NCBI GenBank assembly: GCA_907165135.1
Contig: OU015567.1
Coordinates: forward strand, 13,020,001 to 13,084,000
DNA from: Oikopleura dioica
Lineage: Eukaryota > Animalia > Chordata
Length of the DNA stretch: 64,000 nucleotides
Reading direction: 5' to 3'
Each line of letters begins with the position of its first letter. Within the stretch, counting starts at the first letter, position 1. A program made the position numbers and the translations under genes. The notes beneath the pieces were generated by a model. That model had not been told where the DNA came from, made no database searches, and saw nothing but the letters and a program-made list of their open reading frames with translations. Below, piece by piece: positions 62,471 through 64,000 of the stretch.

Positions 62471-64000
62471 CTAGAATGATTCTTCTTGAATAGAGTTTGA
62501 TGGAGATAGTTTGTTCGCTTTTGTAGATTTGGTTTTCTGATTGTGCTCGCATTCCGGGTCCGAGTCATGGTTTGTCATTGAGCTCTTGAAAGGTTATTTT
62601 CATGTGAAAATCAAAGCACAGACTTACCTCAGTTGACATCGAGTCTTCAGGAGCAGTGTCTTCAAGTGTATACGGACACTGAGATTGAGTATCGAACTGA
62701 CACTCTTTCAATGGATTGTCTGTTTCTTGTGGCAGTTCAGTCAAATCTGAATAAGTTCTAATTCGAATGAACTGTTGATCTCTTTACCGTCAAAATTCCC
62801 GTTCTGAATGCATTTCAGTCTGAATTTCGTTCGCAATCTTGACGCGTATACTTTAACAAATACAATCGCAAAAACCCATGAAACAAGGATCATCCCAGAT
62901 AGGACCCAGATTGTCGTCCAAAGAGTTTGCAGATTTTGCTCTTGCGCGACCTATAAATGAACCAAGTGATGATCAACTCAATCGAACATGCTCGTTAAAC
63001 CTGAGATTGTTCAAGGACAAGTCCAAAAACTCGAATATTTTCTCGAAAGTCGATTGATGAAAGATCATTGAAGATCGCTTTGACTCCGACCTTTTCCTTC
63101 AAGACCATGTCTTCCATGTGAAATCTTATTGTCCCAGTGCTTGTCATCTCACCTGTAGCTGAAATACGTCTGGAGCTTTTATGAAAATAGATTTTTGCGC
63201 CTTGAATCTTTGCTTCGATAGCGTTTCGAAACGCGCTTTCGTTGAATGTAGCGATATTCAGGCATTGAACTTCGAAAATGTCTTCTTCAGCTGCTGGAAA
63301 GAAGGTGATGTTTTTTAACGAACATGGTCCCGCCGCCAGATTTTCGCACTTGATTGTCGTTATTATCGAATCGGTCGACCTTAGAGGATTCTGAAGCCGC
63401 ATGATTCCGTTTCGATCTGAAAAATGCTCAATACCCAGTGCTCTTATGATTTTATACCTATTGAGAATGGGCTCTGGGAAGAATTAACGATACTGAATAT
63501 CGGAACAGTGTTTTCATAAGTTGTGTCTTTATCGGAAATCTAAAATGCATAATTAACTTTGTAAAATATATAACCATACTTGGAAAGAGAATAAACTTGA
63601 ACCAACAGCTGGATCTTCTGAAAGACTAATCCCGCGTTCGAGGACTCCGGCATCAAGAAAGAGTGGAGCATTATCGTTTATGTCTTCAATTAAGATTTTC
63701 AAATGAGCTTGCTGGTCTTCTTTAAATTGATTTGTTTCAGATCTTCTGGTGCCGATCTTGATGTTTCCAACGGGTGATTTTTCAAAGTCAAACTGTTCCG
63801 ATATCTCTGCTGAGGTTTAAAATCATGATCGCACCGAATAAATAATACTTTATTTTTAGAAAAACTATAACCCTTTCCCAATGGCCAGGTAGAATTTACC
63901 TTTGCGAAGCAATTCGAAGAATTATCCTGTTCAATAATGCATAATAAGTTGTCCTCGTTTCCAACAGTATCAACATCAATGATCGAATCTGCAGGAATAT
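62471..64000 (-). CDS. Cadherin-related type I membrane protein, 3' part
   Basis: QFDFEKS...ILIEDINDNAPLF cadherin motifs; TM segment TIWVLSGMILVSWVFAIVFV; short acidic cytoplasmic tail ending EESF*. Confidence 0.75.

Noticed and set aside
1-64000. tRNA, 5S rRNA or SL RNA genes
   Set aside because: No convincing tRNA cloverleaf or A/B-box pair, and no SL exon sequence found by eye; tRNAscan-SE or Infernal would be needed to exclude them fully

Overview
Compact chordate genomic DNA, most likely an appendicularian tunicate such as Oikopleura dioica. This is inferred from ~40-60 bp introns, several GA-AG introns, closely packed same-strand genes with short UTRs and TTTCAG-type acceptors, and chordate-type genes. 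Recognisable genes: alpha-catenin, a MOV10/Armitage-like helicase, Gs-alpha, methionyl-tRNA synthetase (hosting a nested antisense ANK-SAM gene), a PITH-domain gene, Hippo/STK3-4, TBC1D22, an IPCEF1/CNKSR-like PH protein, a MAM plus galaxin-like repeat secreted protein, a FoxH-like gene, a cadherin-related gene and several orphans. Four intact MITEs with TIRs and TSDs are present. Main result: inside a probable operon (about 19.9-21.7 kb) lie three consecutive genes that all end in UGA-GGY-UAA, followed by a GC stem-loop and, about 80 nt downstream, a type II SECIS-like element. Two are paralogous 49- and 52-aa ORFs, each with three in-frame UGAs at equivalent positions; the ORF track misses both. 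The third is a PITH-only protein ending ...KKVG-U-G. This looks like an unannotated selenoprotein cluster. Second result: the FoxH-like gene appears to splice into one protein with three forkhead domains. All calls are by manual reading; no database searches were run.
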